From Phoronis australis (lineage: Eukaryota > Animalia > Phoronida): DNA of 64,000 nucleotides. Of this stretch, positions 25,502 through 38,800 are shown in pieces. The notes under the pieces are model-generated. The model did not search any database. It had not been told where the DNA came from and worked only from the letters and a program-made list of their open reading frames with translations. Both the position numbers and the translations under genes were made by a program. The stretch is taken from positions 841,237-905,236 of the forward strand of contig NMRA01000116.1 of assembly GCA_002633005.1 (NCBI GenBank). The letters are read 5' to 3'. Each line of letters begins with the position of its first letter. Position 1 is the stretch's first letter.

Positions 25502-26220
25502 CTACACTATTATTAAAGACGACTCCGTTGTTCTAGCAAGGACAGTAATGTGGATTAAAAGGGGATCAGCAACCACTTGAATGTTTATGGCATATAAGCA
25601 TTTTCTGCAAACAAATGTTTGCTCATCATGTTGTGGTGCCCTAATCACTATCAATGACCCGTCTAGACGTCCCACAACACGGGGAAAGCCAGCGACTTGA
25701 TGGAATTGCCGCTGGTACAGACCGATGTTTTCGATCAAGTTGGGGAACGACAGGTCGGGTGATTTGTTGATTGCATTTGTTACTTTTGTGATCGTTCTTG
25801 AAACGGTCGACTTAGTCACCCCTTGGGTATCGCCTTCGACCGTTTGAAAGCTTCCAGTGGCGTAGAACTGCAACGCAACTGATACTTGCTGCTCAGTTTA
25901 TATCCTCTGCGTGTTTCTGGTTCGAGATCGTCTTTTAAAAACGAGCATAATGTGTCGACTGCACCCTTATCCATTCGGTAGCCCTCAGCTTACGAGTCGT
26001 AACGAAGACGCTCTCGATAAACCCTGCCTACATGTAGGTTTTCCTTCCTCTGCTGACGAACGTGGAAGACGACCATTTTGACAAACTTAAGATCGAGTTA
26101 AGATAAGAGGAGAGTTGACTTAAATTTAAGACAAAAACTTAAGTCAGTCTTAGCTAAGATTGTTTCTTGGAACGCGAAATAATCTTAAGATTTGTCTTAA
26201 GTCAAAAACTTAAGACAAAT
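25502..26220 (-). mobile_element. PIF/Harbinger (HARBI1-like DDE) transposase pseudogene, N-terminal part, with a cttaag-rich terminal region
   Basis: ORF 25502-25873 contains FYATGSFQ...TVSR...FHQVAGFPRVVGRLDGSLI...INIQVVAD. A disrupted 5' extension reaches the ATG at 26074-26076; palindromic cttaag repeats lie at 26085-26220. Confidence 0.88.
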
Positions 26221-26251
26221 CGAGCCCCCCCCCACGTCCGCCATAGCTTGG

Positions 26252-26274
26252 GGATGTCCGAAGCAGAAACAACA
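26252..26274 (-). pseudogene. Relic of the gene B signal-peptide exon (start codon deleted)
   Basis: ggatgtccgaagcagaaacaaca matches 61719-61742 (CCxCFGHP), and the adjacent 26280-27110 matches 61807-62610, the region upstream of gene B. Confidence 0.7.
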
Positions 26275-29200
26275 CAAAGAATGTGGCAACTGATAATGTT
26301 TTTATTATTAATTTTTCTAAAATCTGTCTTTTCTCACAGTGTTTTAGGGGCACGTTAACAAATAGTGCGCAGAAGACATTGTTTATACGCAATTAATCGA
26401 ACACGACCCCTGTACATGTATGTTCATAGCAGAATGTACTGGTATATTGACCAAGCGAGTCACAACAGATGAGCTGAGATCCAGTACCATTGTCAATTTC
26501 TACTCATAGGAGGTTCACAAATATTTACATGTGAATGCGAGCGCGTGCATCGGGGTTGTCTTGGAGACATTAACATGTACTTTAACGGCGCCGCAAAGTG
26601 ATTGACTGTTTATTCGTTGTCCAGTGTTTCTGCTAAATCAAAAATGTTAATTTCGAAAATATCATAATTTGTGTAGTTATGTTTTAAGTTTAGTAACGTC
26701 AATTTGGTGTTATTAGAAGGGTTTAGTAACGAGGTAATTTGGAAGAGAAGAACTTAAAATATGGCTCCAATGAACAAAGTAAAGGCACAGTTGTTGCGAA
26801 GAAATGGCTCAAACGGATCAGGTTTTATAGTCAAATACAAACGTCAGGGCACTGTTCCACTAAAATTAGAGATTTTCTATGCCGATTCTTAGAGTATATC
26901 TGATAAAATGTCACAACTTATTTGCACACTTTCTAAACTTAAACTTAGACAAATCGTAAATTTTAAATGTTTTTCAAATGAAACAATGCACCTAAAATTA
27001 AACCAAAGATACTTCACTCAACACCGTTGATAAAACTCACGGGCAACGTCCTGGTAATGGCTGATAAGCGCGGACGCTGTAATCAGGATTAATCAATTAG
27101 CCATTTAAGACAAGATCGTGTGTATTGAACACGTGGGTAACTTATTTAAGTTTCCATCATTTGACGTCACTAGCGGGAACTAGTCAGCTGGATCGCCCAG
27201 GTCTGTGTGCAGCTGACGAGAAGGTTCTAAGGACCAACGCCATTGGCCTAGACTTTCAAATTATTTTAAGGACGGAAAGGAATATCCTTATAGTCTGTTT
27301 TCAGGTCTCGTAATTTCCGCCGCTTTAAGCAGCTTTGAACACCAAAATCTATTGAGTACGTAGGTAGACAGGCATACACGTTTGCGCACTCATTTTCTAG
27401 TCTAAGATCGACGGCAGAGTGTCTACGATGTTTCACTTCCCTTCGCATAAGAGAAATATCGGTCATCCAAAATGAAAAAAGTAAGATCTGTGAAGACGCT
27501 TAAAAAGGGAGAAATCGACCCCCATAATAACAATCTTCAAGTACGTTTTAGTCCTAAAACCGACTGTCATATATTTCTGTAATAATAATTCAACGATTTA
27601 GCCTCTTACATCTTCAAAATATGTGCACAAATATGGCGTTTTAATAATGTTTTTACGATTATACAATATAATAAATCAAATAAATAACCAAGTTACTAGC
27701 TGACAAATCTAAATTAAGTGTTCTGTTTAACCTAAAATGTTATTAATCTAGCCAGTTACTCGTGTTTATTTTTCTATCAATACTGCATCATGATACACGA
27801 GGTGTATGTACAGCGTGACGGAGACTCATCCATCGTTCAAAAACAATACAATAGTAAAACATCGCAAATAAAGTGCTCCGTTGGTGATTACGTATGCACG
27901 AAAATTGTAAAAGTAGAAGTTTCTGACATCACCAATCACCTCCTGATCCACAAAGTCGAGATCAGAGAGATAAAGCAAACTTCATGAAAGTTTCGGTATC
28001 CAAACAATCCAACATCCGCGTGTGGATGGTATAAGAGTTTTGACAAGCGCTGTTTTCGCCATTTACTTGTTAGTTTAAAAGGGCATAAAACCCGTGCTTT
28101 CTTGCTAAAAAGAAAAATTGATTTAGGAGAAGTAATGCCTTATTCGTGTTCTGTAATTAGTTTAGAGGTGATGTGTGGGCTCCGGAAGAATAGATAATTC
28201 GCTGTTTTACCAAAAGAACCTCACGGAGTGACCTGGAATTTTATGAGTTTAGTTTCAAGCAACAACAAACACTTTTTCGAAGGCCTGAAATAAACTTTAA
28301 TTTGACTAAGTAATAATTTGAGACCGGCTTCATGTTCGTAAGTGGTCTTTGCTGGTTAGCCGATGTAGGAATGATCGGTGAGCGTTATAACTTATTATTG
28401 TAATGGTAACTGCGATTCTATGAAAACTTGCCTATAGTTGTCATATATCAGCGTGTTGATGAGGTATTAAGTAAGATTCATTAGTCTCTTTACGCGTCAC
28501 ATGTTGGTCACATCACGTTATAGTTAAGTATGAACAGATCTCAGTCCCGGGCTCGAACTTCAGACTTTTTGCTTAACGACGTAGCGTTCACCCATTTGGC
28601 CAACGATACATTTTCTCAAAAGACGTCGCTATAGTCGACTGGCGAGAGTATAATACACGCTAGTGTTGGCTTACGTGGTAAATGGCGAACCGTGTAAAAA
28701 TAGCCCAGGGCAACTGAACGAAGGAATGTTCGGAAAAAGTTTGATTGTATTTGTTCGAGCTGAGAAGAGTTCAAGACATCAAGGTTCTCCTAAGGTGTTC
28801 CTCTATGCGCAAAGATACTTATCGCCATAACTGATGGTTATCAGTGTGAAGCAGTGTTCGAGCTTCAGCAAATAAATGTGCTGGCCCGCCGGGCCAGTTA
28901 TTTGATTATGAGAGCACATCCACACATGGCGTATATGTGAAAGTTAACTGGCCGGCCGCATATCCTCTGGCCACTGGGCCAGGGTGCATTTCAAACGCTG
29001 GTGTGAGGCGCAGTTCGCCGAAAAACTCCGGGCGTATGGAAGGACTATGATCAGATGACTTCCCAGTTGAGACACTGGTACAGTCTAGTATCGAGACTGG
29101 CAGCATATTTTATGAGATTGTCATATTTTGGTTGACATGCCATATGTGAGCTTGGAATGTTCGATGTGGAATTCCGAGTTCGTTAGTTATCTCAATGTTG

Positions 29201-29839
29201 AAGCGGCAATTTACCCGCAGCCCACCAAAACAAAAGTTTAGATCGTTCACCGTTATGGAATTAGTGTTTATTTTAGAGAAATTGGAGGTGATTCCACTTC
29301 TTCGATTGAACTGATAGTTCGTTAGCGCCTGGTAACCGGCCAGGCTGTACAAGCTGGGTTCTCAGTCAGTTGAACGCGTATCGTTTTATGCGCTAAGTAT
29401 TAATTGTCTCGGTCAAGGAATAACGAACTGTCAGGGCAAACACTTCCCGTCTGAGTAAGTTGTGGCAGATTTTAAAGCGGAAAGTGTTCTAAACCAAAAA
29501 TTTGTCGCAACGCGGATTGTGTTTGAATTATTATTATAAAAAGTCGTTATGAATCGAAAAACGACAGGCTCTATTTGACTTCGTTCACCGTTGGTTTAAC
29601 CTTACGAACTTGCGGTGCATAATTTGAGCGCAAAATTTGTCAAGTGTCCCCAAAATTTCATGTTGATGCTTGCCTAATCTTGAGAACAAGACCGATCATT
29701 CCAGCAGAGCTGAGAAGTACGGATTCTCACGGTTATTTTGTCATAATGGGAACATCCAAAATGCATGGCAATTTACTTTATTGAGTCCGAGAACATTCGA
29801 ATTATTACGTCGATGTCGCAGCTGAACGCGGGTGCAGGT

Positions 29840-32800
29840 CTAAACCTTATACACTTCTATTCTTTCCCTGCCGCCGCACGTCATCGATATTTGGCCTTTA
29901 CATTGCACCTTGCACTCGTTGTCGCTTCTCCGCGCCCCGGAACCCGCGTAAGAGTTGCCGCAGTAGCAATAATTTGAATTCTTCAATGCAGCGTACTTGT
30001 ATCTTCTGTTCTTGCAATAGCGCTTGCAGTAGTTGGGCGACATCATATCCGACCTGACCCAAGAACCTCCAAGAGACTGTTGATTGAAGCAACCGAGGCG
30101 TGCACCTGAAAATTTGACAATGTCAGTGTCAGGGGTAGGCTGACGCTAGTTTTAGTTCAATAGGTTTTATTTTGCTGTTCTAAACTGTTTACTGCAAAAT
30201 ACTAAAGAATATTGACAGTATTACGTTGTTTAATAAAAATCAAATGTATGTAGTTGTTTAGTTAGAAGTATATTTGACGGAACAACTTCAACTGAAATTC
30301 AGTTTGGCTAATTAAATATGAGTTGACGGTATATGAAGACGAATAGGCGCCTTATAAGAGCTCGCAATTCTGAGCCAACTGCAGGAATGCGTCATCAAGG
30401 CCTAGTTTCCCACTGCCGGCCTCCGTAGCATGCGCGCACCCAGCCTTCGGGGGGAGGCTCGAATTCCTGACGTTGTGGACCTTTTAGTAACAAAAAAGCG
30501 GGCGGACTAAAAAATAGCTTCGGTGTTGTCGAAGCTTCGGTCAATGGGAACACTTAACTTCAGTTTTGAATCGGAGTTAACGGCGCAGGTTAACTCCCAA
30601 GTAAAGAGGTGGGTTTAACTGCGTCAACGCTTCGCTACAATGGCCCGGAACACTTCCATATCGTCAGAGTTATCGATAGGGCTCACTGCCTGTGTTTGCC
30701 AACAGCGGCCAATGTAGAAATAAATATTATTTTGGCGGTTTAAGAATTTTGTTTCAATTAACCCACGTATTTTGTGGATTATTCACATTAAAAAAATCAC
30801 TGAACGTGCAGTGTCCGCAAAACGAGTTCCTGCTACGCCATACCGCCTTTGTTTACATCAGGTGCGCGTGAGTCAAATTTTTAATTTGTCATTTTCTAGT
30901 AAATTGTCATCGTTCCAACGTGGCAACCGTTGGCTGCCGTGTGAATTTGGCGTTCTAGTGATGGGGAGAAAGAGAGGTCCTTAATTGCCATTTTTGATGA
31001 CAAGCACTGTCAAAAAACAGCAACTAGGCCATATTTTGACCAAAGATCATAATTAGAGCCACCTTGCCATGACTTTGCTGAACTGTAACTCCAAACATAA
31101 TGGTTGATGGGATAACAGTGAACCATAGTTAATATGGAAGCTTCGGTAGTAGTAATTTAACTTACTGGAAGAGCCTATAAGCAATGTATTCGTACGCCTG
31201 TGAGCTGGTCATGTCGGAGTGAATGTAATTTAACTAAAATGAATAGTTTGAAATCCGAAATATGCCCAGTTCTGACAAAGAAGACCATTTCCCGCTTTGA
31301 AATTGGTTTTAACTTGTTCCTTACACACAAATTGTCTAATTCAGTAGGTGTTCTTGGTAACTAATTTATAGGCCCTATAAGCTGACATTTACCACAAACT
31401 CCGCACGACTTTTCACAGTTATACAGCATGTAGCCTGGATTCTTCTCGCACTCGGATGGATTCCATTTCAGCGCCCAATCGGGACACGTCTTATGCTGGT
31501 CAACGCAATTGACGACTGAAATCGAAAACGAGACTGTTTCAGTGCGTGTGTTTATATGACAGTAGTCGGCGGGGAAACACTAGAGCAGTTTTTCTGTGGC
31601 GAAAACAAAACGTTCAGTAAACAGTCTCTTTGAGAGAAAAGCAAGACCTCGCAAGACCTCGCACGAGTGAAAGGTGGATGTTTCGCAAATATGCTCGAAA
31701 GTTTACTTGGCGTTCCATTAAGTGATTAGTCGGCGATGAGGTTGGAGTGTTCAGTAATGGCGGATGAATTTAGTGTTTCTGGTATGATAAATGAGGGAGT
31801 TTCGCAGCGGTCCACGAAGTTCATTCGAACTTACAGAAATTGGTGACGAAAGCGCCAGCTGCTTTGGTTACTCGAACCGCCAACAAAATGATATAACTAT
31901 TAGCATTACCTGTGTTTTTCTCTACTGGTGAAAGTGCTTGCGAAACGCTAGGGGTTAGCCAGTTTGTTAACAGGTTTGAGATTCACCGTAATGTCATTGA
32001 TCGTGAGGTTTGTATTACAAACGTACATACCTTTAGCACATGTTTTACACGACTTCTTGCAATAGTTCAGCATATAGGCAGGGTTAACATCACATTCGCT
32101 TGGGTTGCGATTGGCCCACGACTCGCATTTTGCGTTATCGTCAACGCACTTTTGTTCTGAAAGTGAATCGTAAACTTAAAGAGTGTGAAAATATCGCAAT
32201 AAAAGATAGTCCCATCATTTGCAAAGCACTGAAATGGGGACAATATTTTATGAAGTTGTCGTATGATATCGATTGGTGTTTTCATATTGAATACCTGTTG
32301 GTTTACTGGTTGTCCTTTGGCCAGTAGGGTTGCCACAATTGTACATAGCGTTTAATTTGAACAGGTCAGTTTCCGTCATCTTATGCCAGTTTCCAAGAAT
32401 CTTAGGGTTAGCACCATTTTTAGGCGTGATGGTGTTTTGTCCATTCTTGCTAAACGCCCTCGCTTCGTAATGCATGACGCTGCCGTAGTCATACTTGGCC
32501 CCGTAGGTGAGCGAACCTTTCTGGACGTTAAAGTTGTATTTCATCTCTGGAAAATTAAAGGTGAGTGGGATCTTAACAGTTGTTCCATGTTAAATCTAGT
32601 CGGGCAGTAAACATGTTGACCTAAATGTACATGAATACGCGTTGACGGAACGAAGTGTTGGTTTTGGAAACATATTATTATCGAGTTTCCTGTGATATTG
32701 CGAATGTACAGCTTGCTGTCAATTACAGCCTTCCGTCACTGAAACTAACTTTTAACTTAGAACACTTACCGTCGTGGCAAATTTTGTTCAGCAAAATTAG

Positions 32801-35800
32801 GCGTGACTGACAGCTTTGGAAAAAGTGAGAGCTCGTTGCTAAAAATAAATTCTACATTTTGTTTTGTCTCGACACGGTAAGTGTTATTCGCCGAGCGTGG
32901 AGCCAACCAAAATAAAATTGACACTTTTCATAGAAAAGAAATCACGTCTCATGTGAGTCACAAAGAAGCTGAGACTAGTTGCATATCTACTAATGATCAA
33001 ACTCAATTTTCGACGGAACGCTATCGTTAGCCAAATAGGCGAACGCAAGTAATTTACTAGCGTAAGTTAATTCTTGCAAGAGGCGTAAAATAATTGTTTA
33101 CAGAGTAAAGTAACTTTTAATAGCGTAAAGCAATTATTTGAGGCGCAAAGCAATTACGCCGCAAATAATCCCTTTACGCGTCAACATGCGCGCACCCGGC
33201 AGCCTTTAATATGAGGGCTCGAATTTCACTAGACAAAGCGGACCTTTTGCTAACAAAAAAGCGGTAGGACTAAAAAAACGGGGTACCACCTTCAGAAGTG
33301 CGAACTGTTCGCCTTTTTAGTGGACTTTTGTCTCATTTTCTCGGACTTTTCGTTTCTTTGAGGTGGACCTTGTTACCCACTTCACCAAATGGGGGGCGCT
33401 CCTTCGAGCCCCCGAGCCCCCCCCCCTGGGTGCGAGTATGGTCAAATAATTTTACTTTACGCGTCAAATAATTACTTCACACCTCTAACTAATTAGTTTA
33501 CGCCTCTAAATGATTACGTGACACCTCTAACAAGAATCAACTTAAGCACGTAATTTAGGTGCGTAACTTTCACCCAGTTGGCCAACAATAGAACGTGGGT
33601 TTATAGCGGGTTTAACTATTTTCAGGAAACACTGCACGTGTTGCCCGGTAATAGTTATTGCTGAAACTTAAGAGTGCTGAAAGTATAGTTTGGCGTTCAA
33701 TGAGACTTGCTTGACTGGAGACCTGTTACCACGGCCAATCAGTCTATGTGGGAGTGGAGGAATTATGTAGCGCCAAAATAATTCATGGGTATAGATTGAA
33801 TTAGATAGAAGTACTCGAAACATGCTCCATGCCTAGATTATGAACACAAAAATCTGCAAAAATAGGAGTAATAGAGAATGATTTTTTCCGAGAACCGGCC
33901 TGGTTTGTCTTATTCCAGTCAAGTGTCCCTAAGTTTGTTTTGAAAGGCATTCAAGTGAGAGAAAACGTTACAGTTGCCCGAATTGACAAGTCCTTAGGCT
34001 GAGATCAAGTTCTGACCAACTATTGGTTTGAAGTCTTTTTCGACACAGGGGCGACATACGCTAAAAAGTCGCTGGATGGCGATATGTTAGTTGGAGGGCA
34101 GCCGTCTACATATGTGTATGGCTTCAATACAGTGGAATACTTCCCAGCATTTTTGCATCGTTTGCGGCCATCATGACTTAAAAATATTGTCACTGCTGAA
34201 CGCATAGTGGAATAATGAAATGATTTACGCAAATAATTACGAGTAGCGAGGTAGAGTCACGTATTGTATTATCGGGTTTTTACTCGTGCCGAATTTGTTT
34301 TTCTCATGTGAATTGAAATGTACACACTGAAGGTCCTCACACCTGAAAATACAATCAAAAACGTGTACTGCATGACAGTTGTCACGCGGATGTGCAATTA
34401 TTCAGCCTTACTGTCTTTAATATTGTCCCAATGGATGTTGACATATCTATCCCTGTCCACGCGGTTCTGCTCGTGGTCAAACCCAAGAGCGTGCAACAAC
34501 TCATGTATTGGAGTTCCCAGTGTGTTGAAGCAGTTTGGCGCCAAGTTTACCACTTGAGCGCCACCTGTCATGCCAAGCGCACTATTACATCTGAAGACAA
34601 AAGATCCATTCAGTTGATTGTTCTCTGAATGCTGCTATGATCATGGGCGGCGCAGCACTGAAAAAAGAGGAGGCTAAAGCCCCCCAGCACCCCTGTGGTG
34701 CATCTTCTATAGACCATTGGCGGCGAAGCACTGAAAAAAGTGTGGGCTATAGCCCCCCCCAGCCCCAACGATGTGCCGCCCATGATGATTTTGGCAGACG
34801 AACAGTATTTGGGCGTTGACGGTATATTCTGTTGCTCCTATACTTATGCAAATGATCGACCTGATGACATTTTGCAAATCTAAGTTAAACTAGAACGTCC
34901 TGGATTATATTGTGGTACTCCTTACCAGATGGAACCGATGTTTGCGAACACTCAAGTTTTTGTTCTGCCTAGTAATACTTCACCAAACTCTAAAGATAAA
35001 CTTTTTTATTAAAAAAATGCATACCTACCCAACAGAGGGCGCTGGTTGTTTTATTACGATGTAATTTCTTTCTGAAGAGCGCTGTTTAAACCTAATGCAC
35101 GTGTTGGCTTCAAAAACCTTGAAAGCTTCAGCCAGTATATCCCTTCCCCTCGAACCTTCAANTGGCAAAGAAGATAAAACATGAATCAGTTTTGGTAGAA
35201 GAAATGATTTGACCACTGTAACTTTACCAAGAGTACTTAAGTTTCTTTTTGACCATCTCATAATTTCTTTTTTAATATCAACCAACTTGCGATCAAAATT
35301 TAAAATACTCATTTCCTGGATGTCAGTAGAAAAAACAATCTCGAGCGCTGGTTGTTTTATTACGATGTAATTTCTTTCTGAAGAGCGCTGTTTAAACCTA
35401 ATGCACGTGTTGGCTTCAAAAACCTTGAAAGCTTCAGCCAGTATATCCCTTCCCCTCGAACCTTCAAAAGATTAAAACCTGGAAAATACAATTTGATTAA
35501 AATCGTCATATATCCATGTATGCGTGTGTGTATGTTCGTGTGCACGTATGTGTGTGCACGTGTGTACGTATTTATGTATGTATGAACTATATGTATATAT
35601 TTGTGTACGTTTCTATGTATGTATACGTTTGGTATGCAACAGTGCATGCCTTTAGAAGCTTTATAAAAATTTAATTGATATTTCCAATTGTTAAAGATAC
35701 AATTCTAGTGACACTGACTGTTCTAGAATTTTTAAACAAAAATTTACAAGTACATGGTAAAAACATTTAAGATAAAGGAAGACAAGCGAAAGTCGTGGCT

Positions 35801-38800
35801 TGACTTAATACAGGCACTTGGTCTTGCGTTCCCACTTCGTAGTTTCAGAATTAAGGTTCAGTACAGTAATTATGAGCACACCTCAGTCAAGAAATAATTC
35901 ATAGAGATTATCTCAGTAATTAGCGGTTATATGCATATTCTCAGAGACTTTGAATTTATGGTCAAATTAGAGTTAACTATTTTTCACAAAGGATTATGTG
36001 GGCGCAAGGTCAAACTTCTGTCTTAAATCTTAAATCACTTTTATGAAATGGAATCTAGGTGTAAATACATGTGTAGCAACTCTGGTTACAAGGAGACCCA
36101 TAGATACATATGCAAGATGTTTCGGTTTTCATCTGACTCGTTCAAAAATCCCAAATGCCTAATTGGTTTTCTGATGCCATGTCTGTAACATTGAAAACCA
36201 ATTATATGGGGTACAGCTGCAGCAAACCTGAAAATGGTTATTCATGTTATGTCAAATGTGATGTTAGTCTTGTGATCCCTGGACTAACCAACCATGGAGC
36301 CGTGAAATGCAATGTCAAGTTCAAGGAAAGCGTTGTTGAGCAGAAGGTTTGATGTCGCAAGCAGCGGAACAGGAGAGAGAAGAAAGAAGTACACGGTTTA
36401 CCAAGCAGGTTTCCCTCCGTGCTATTGTAGCACTTTCTTACGCATTGCGGTGAGACCATGTTTATACAAATGTCTACTTTACCAACACTCCTGTCGATTA
36501 CGTATGTGACGACTCCTTTTGGCCATCTCTTGTGAACTTGTGGTATGCCGTTGCGTTTCTACAATGGAAAGGACAAATTAAAATTTTTTGTTTTACTTCA
36601 AGAGACCTCATATTGTGAGTGCAACATATAGATTAACAAACAAAAACAAAGTTCACGACAAAGGAACACACTTGGAATTTTTTTATTTTGCCAAGAAACA
36701 AAAGCACTGTCTACTGACTCATCACCGTACTTCATATCCACTATGACATGATTTTCAGGCCTTGAGTTACTTGCTTCGCCCATTTCCCACCAAACGAACG
36801 ATTTGAGCCAGAGATATTTCAAAAAGACGGAGGTGGGCAAACGTGAAATTGCTGGCGACAGGCGGGCCGAGAAATAAGTGACAACCTGGGAGCAATGAAC
36901 AGGTGACAAAACGCAAAATTGAAATGAGGTTCGATGAGAGAAGATATTCTTTGCAACCAAGGGTCCATGGTCCCGTTGTGCCTTCCGTGGCTGCGTCAGT
37001 GCTCAGAACTTGCTGACTAACGGTAAAGTACTTGCTATCCGATAACATTTTTTCGTATTTTTAAGTTTTTTTACCGTGACTATCCGATTAAATTGAGACA
37101 GTTGCTATATGCAAATTGCACAAAAGAATCAGAGTAACTCGACAGCAAATTCTAATTGAATCAAGTTTTTTTGAAGCCGACGTTTGTTTTTAACTGCCTT
37201 ATACTGACATAAACGCTCTAATTTGGCGGCAGACTCATCTCGCTTTAGGCGTTAGATAATGTACATGTAAGCGATTACACTTGCTCATGGCAGTGAGGAA
37301 AGCACAAAAAGTCAATATTGCAAGCTCCATATTCAAATCACACGACGAGAAAATATTCAGTTCAATTGTCCGGTACATTGTCTCTCATGAGACATCTTCA
37401 GAGAAGATCCATAACGTAATCATAGACAAGGACTCGATCGCAAACACCCAATGACTACTAGATTCGACCAGTAACCAGCGACCACTCAATATTGACTTTT
37501 TCTGCTCAAGCTCAGTGCCACGAGCCTGGGTCATTTCAATTCTACAATAACCGACGCCTAATGCGAAATCAGCCTGCCGCCAGTTAAAGCGTATTTGTAT
37601 TTTAATAACGGCCTTTAATAGACATTGTAAAAATGAAGCGCCTTGTTCAACAATAATTGTATAAAGAATGAAAGGTGTTATTGATTCTACTTCAGTCCAG
37701 GTGTACACAGTTAATTTACCTTTGGCAGAACGATGTCTCCTTGAAATAAATCTGGAAATATCAAACATATTGCTGTTGAACAGACAGCCAGTATACAGTA
37801 TATTACTTTTAACAATGTAAGAACTACACCAAACTAGTACATGTAAATATGCTATTGAACTCCTACTCCATCATTTAAGATATGTGGAATCACAGTAATA
37901 AACACCATATACCGAAAAACTTATCAAATGGCAAAAAATACAATCGTGCTGACGAGGATTACACATAAACTGAAAAAATTACACACTGATTAAATTGTCA
38001 GCAAAATACATTCCGATAACGTTAAGTTGTTATGTTTTCGCCATTAACAGAATGTTTTCTTGAATAATTCAGACTAAACATCTTTAAAAGAGGATTTTAC
38101 CTTCGCGGTACATTTCCGAGATGTACGGGTGCTCTTTGTCCTCTGAAAAGCGAGTTCAAGCATCAGTGCAGCTGAACACCATGATTGACAATTCGTTAAA
38201 TTCATCAACAGTTTCATTCTACCAGGTGTCGTTGTTGTAATTCTTCAAAAAATGACGGACATTGTTCAGTCACCTGTTGGCGAGACCATCTCGTCTACGA
38301 GTCGGCTCACTTAAGCTGCCTAACTTCATGTCGTGGAAAACGACGTCGTTTTACGAGTCCGCTCAAGAATAGATCGACGAAGGGACAACTTACTAGAACG
38401 GGAAGCAGAAGGGGTTATCAAAACCTGAATTGTCCACTTAGTATTCCTTCTGATGCCCAATATTACGAGATAATTTCATGCCTTTTCTTCCCGCGAAACC
38501 AATGTTATCGTATCTTTTTATATTTGTAGATAATCTGACCGGATTTACATGTACGTAAGATAACGCGGTAGTGTAGGCTTAGGAAGTAAATACAACTGCG
38601 TTGGGTAACACTTTTAACAACAGTGTTCTATTTTGTGAGTTTTTTTATTACGAAATCGAAAGCCCTGACGAAAAATATTTTGCCATGGGATCTCGGCTAA
38701 TCACCTGTTTCAAGTTGGCTGAGTTCTGTATTGCGTCATATCAGGAAGGCATGTCAGATACATACACAAAACGCATGCGCGCACCTTGGGGGGATCTCGA

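Noticed and set aside
35515-35635. His/Thr/Ile-rich ORF 35360-35647
   Set aside because: It is the translation of a degenerate (TG/TA)n microsatellite.
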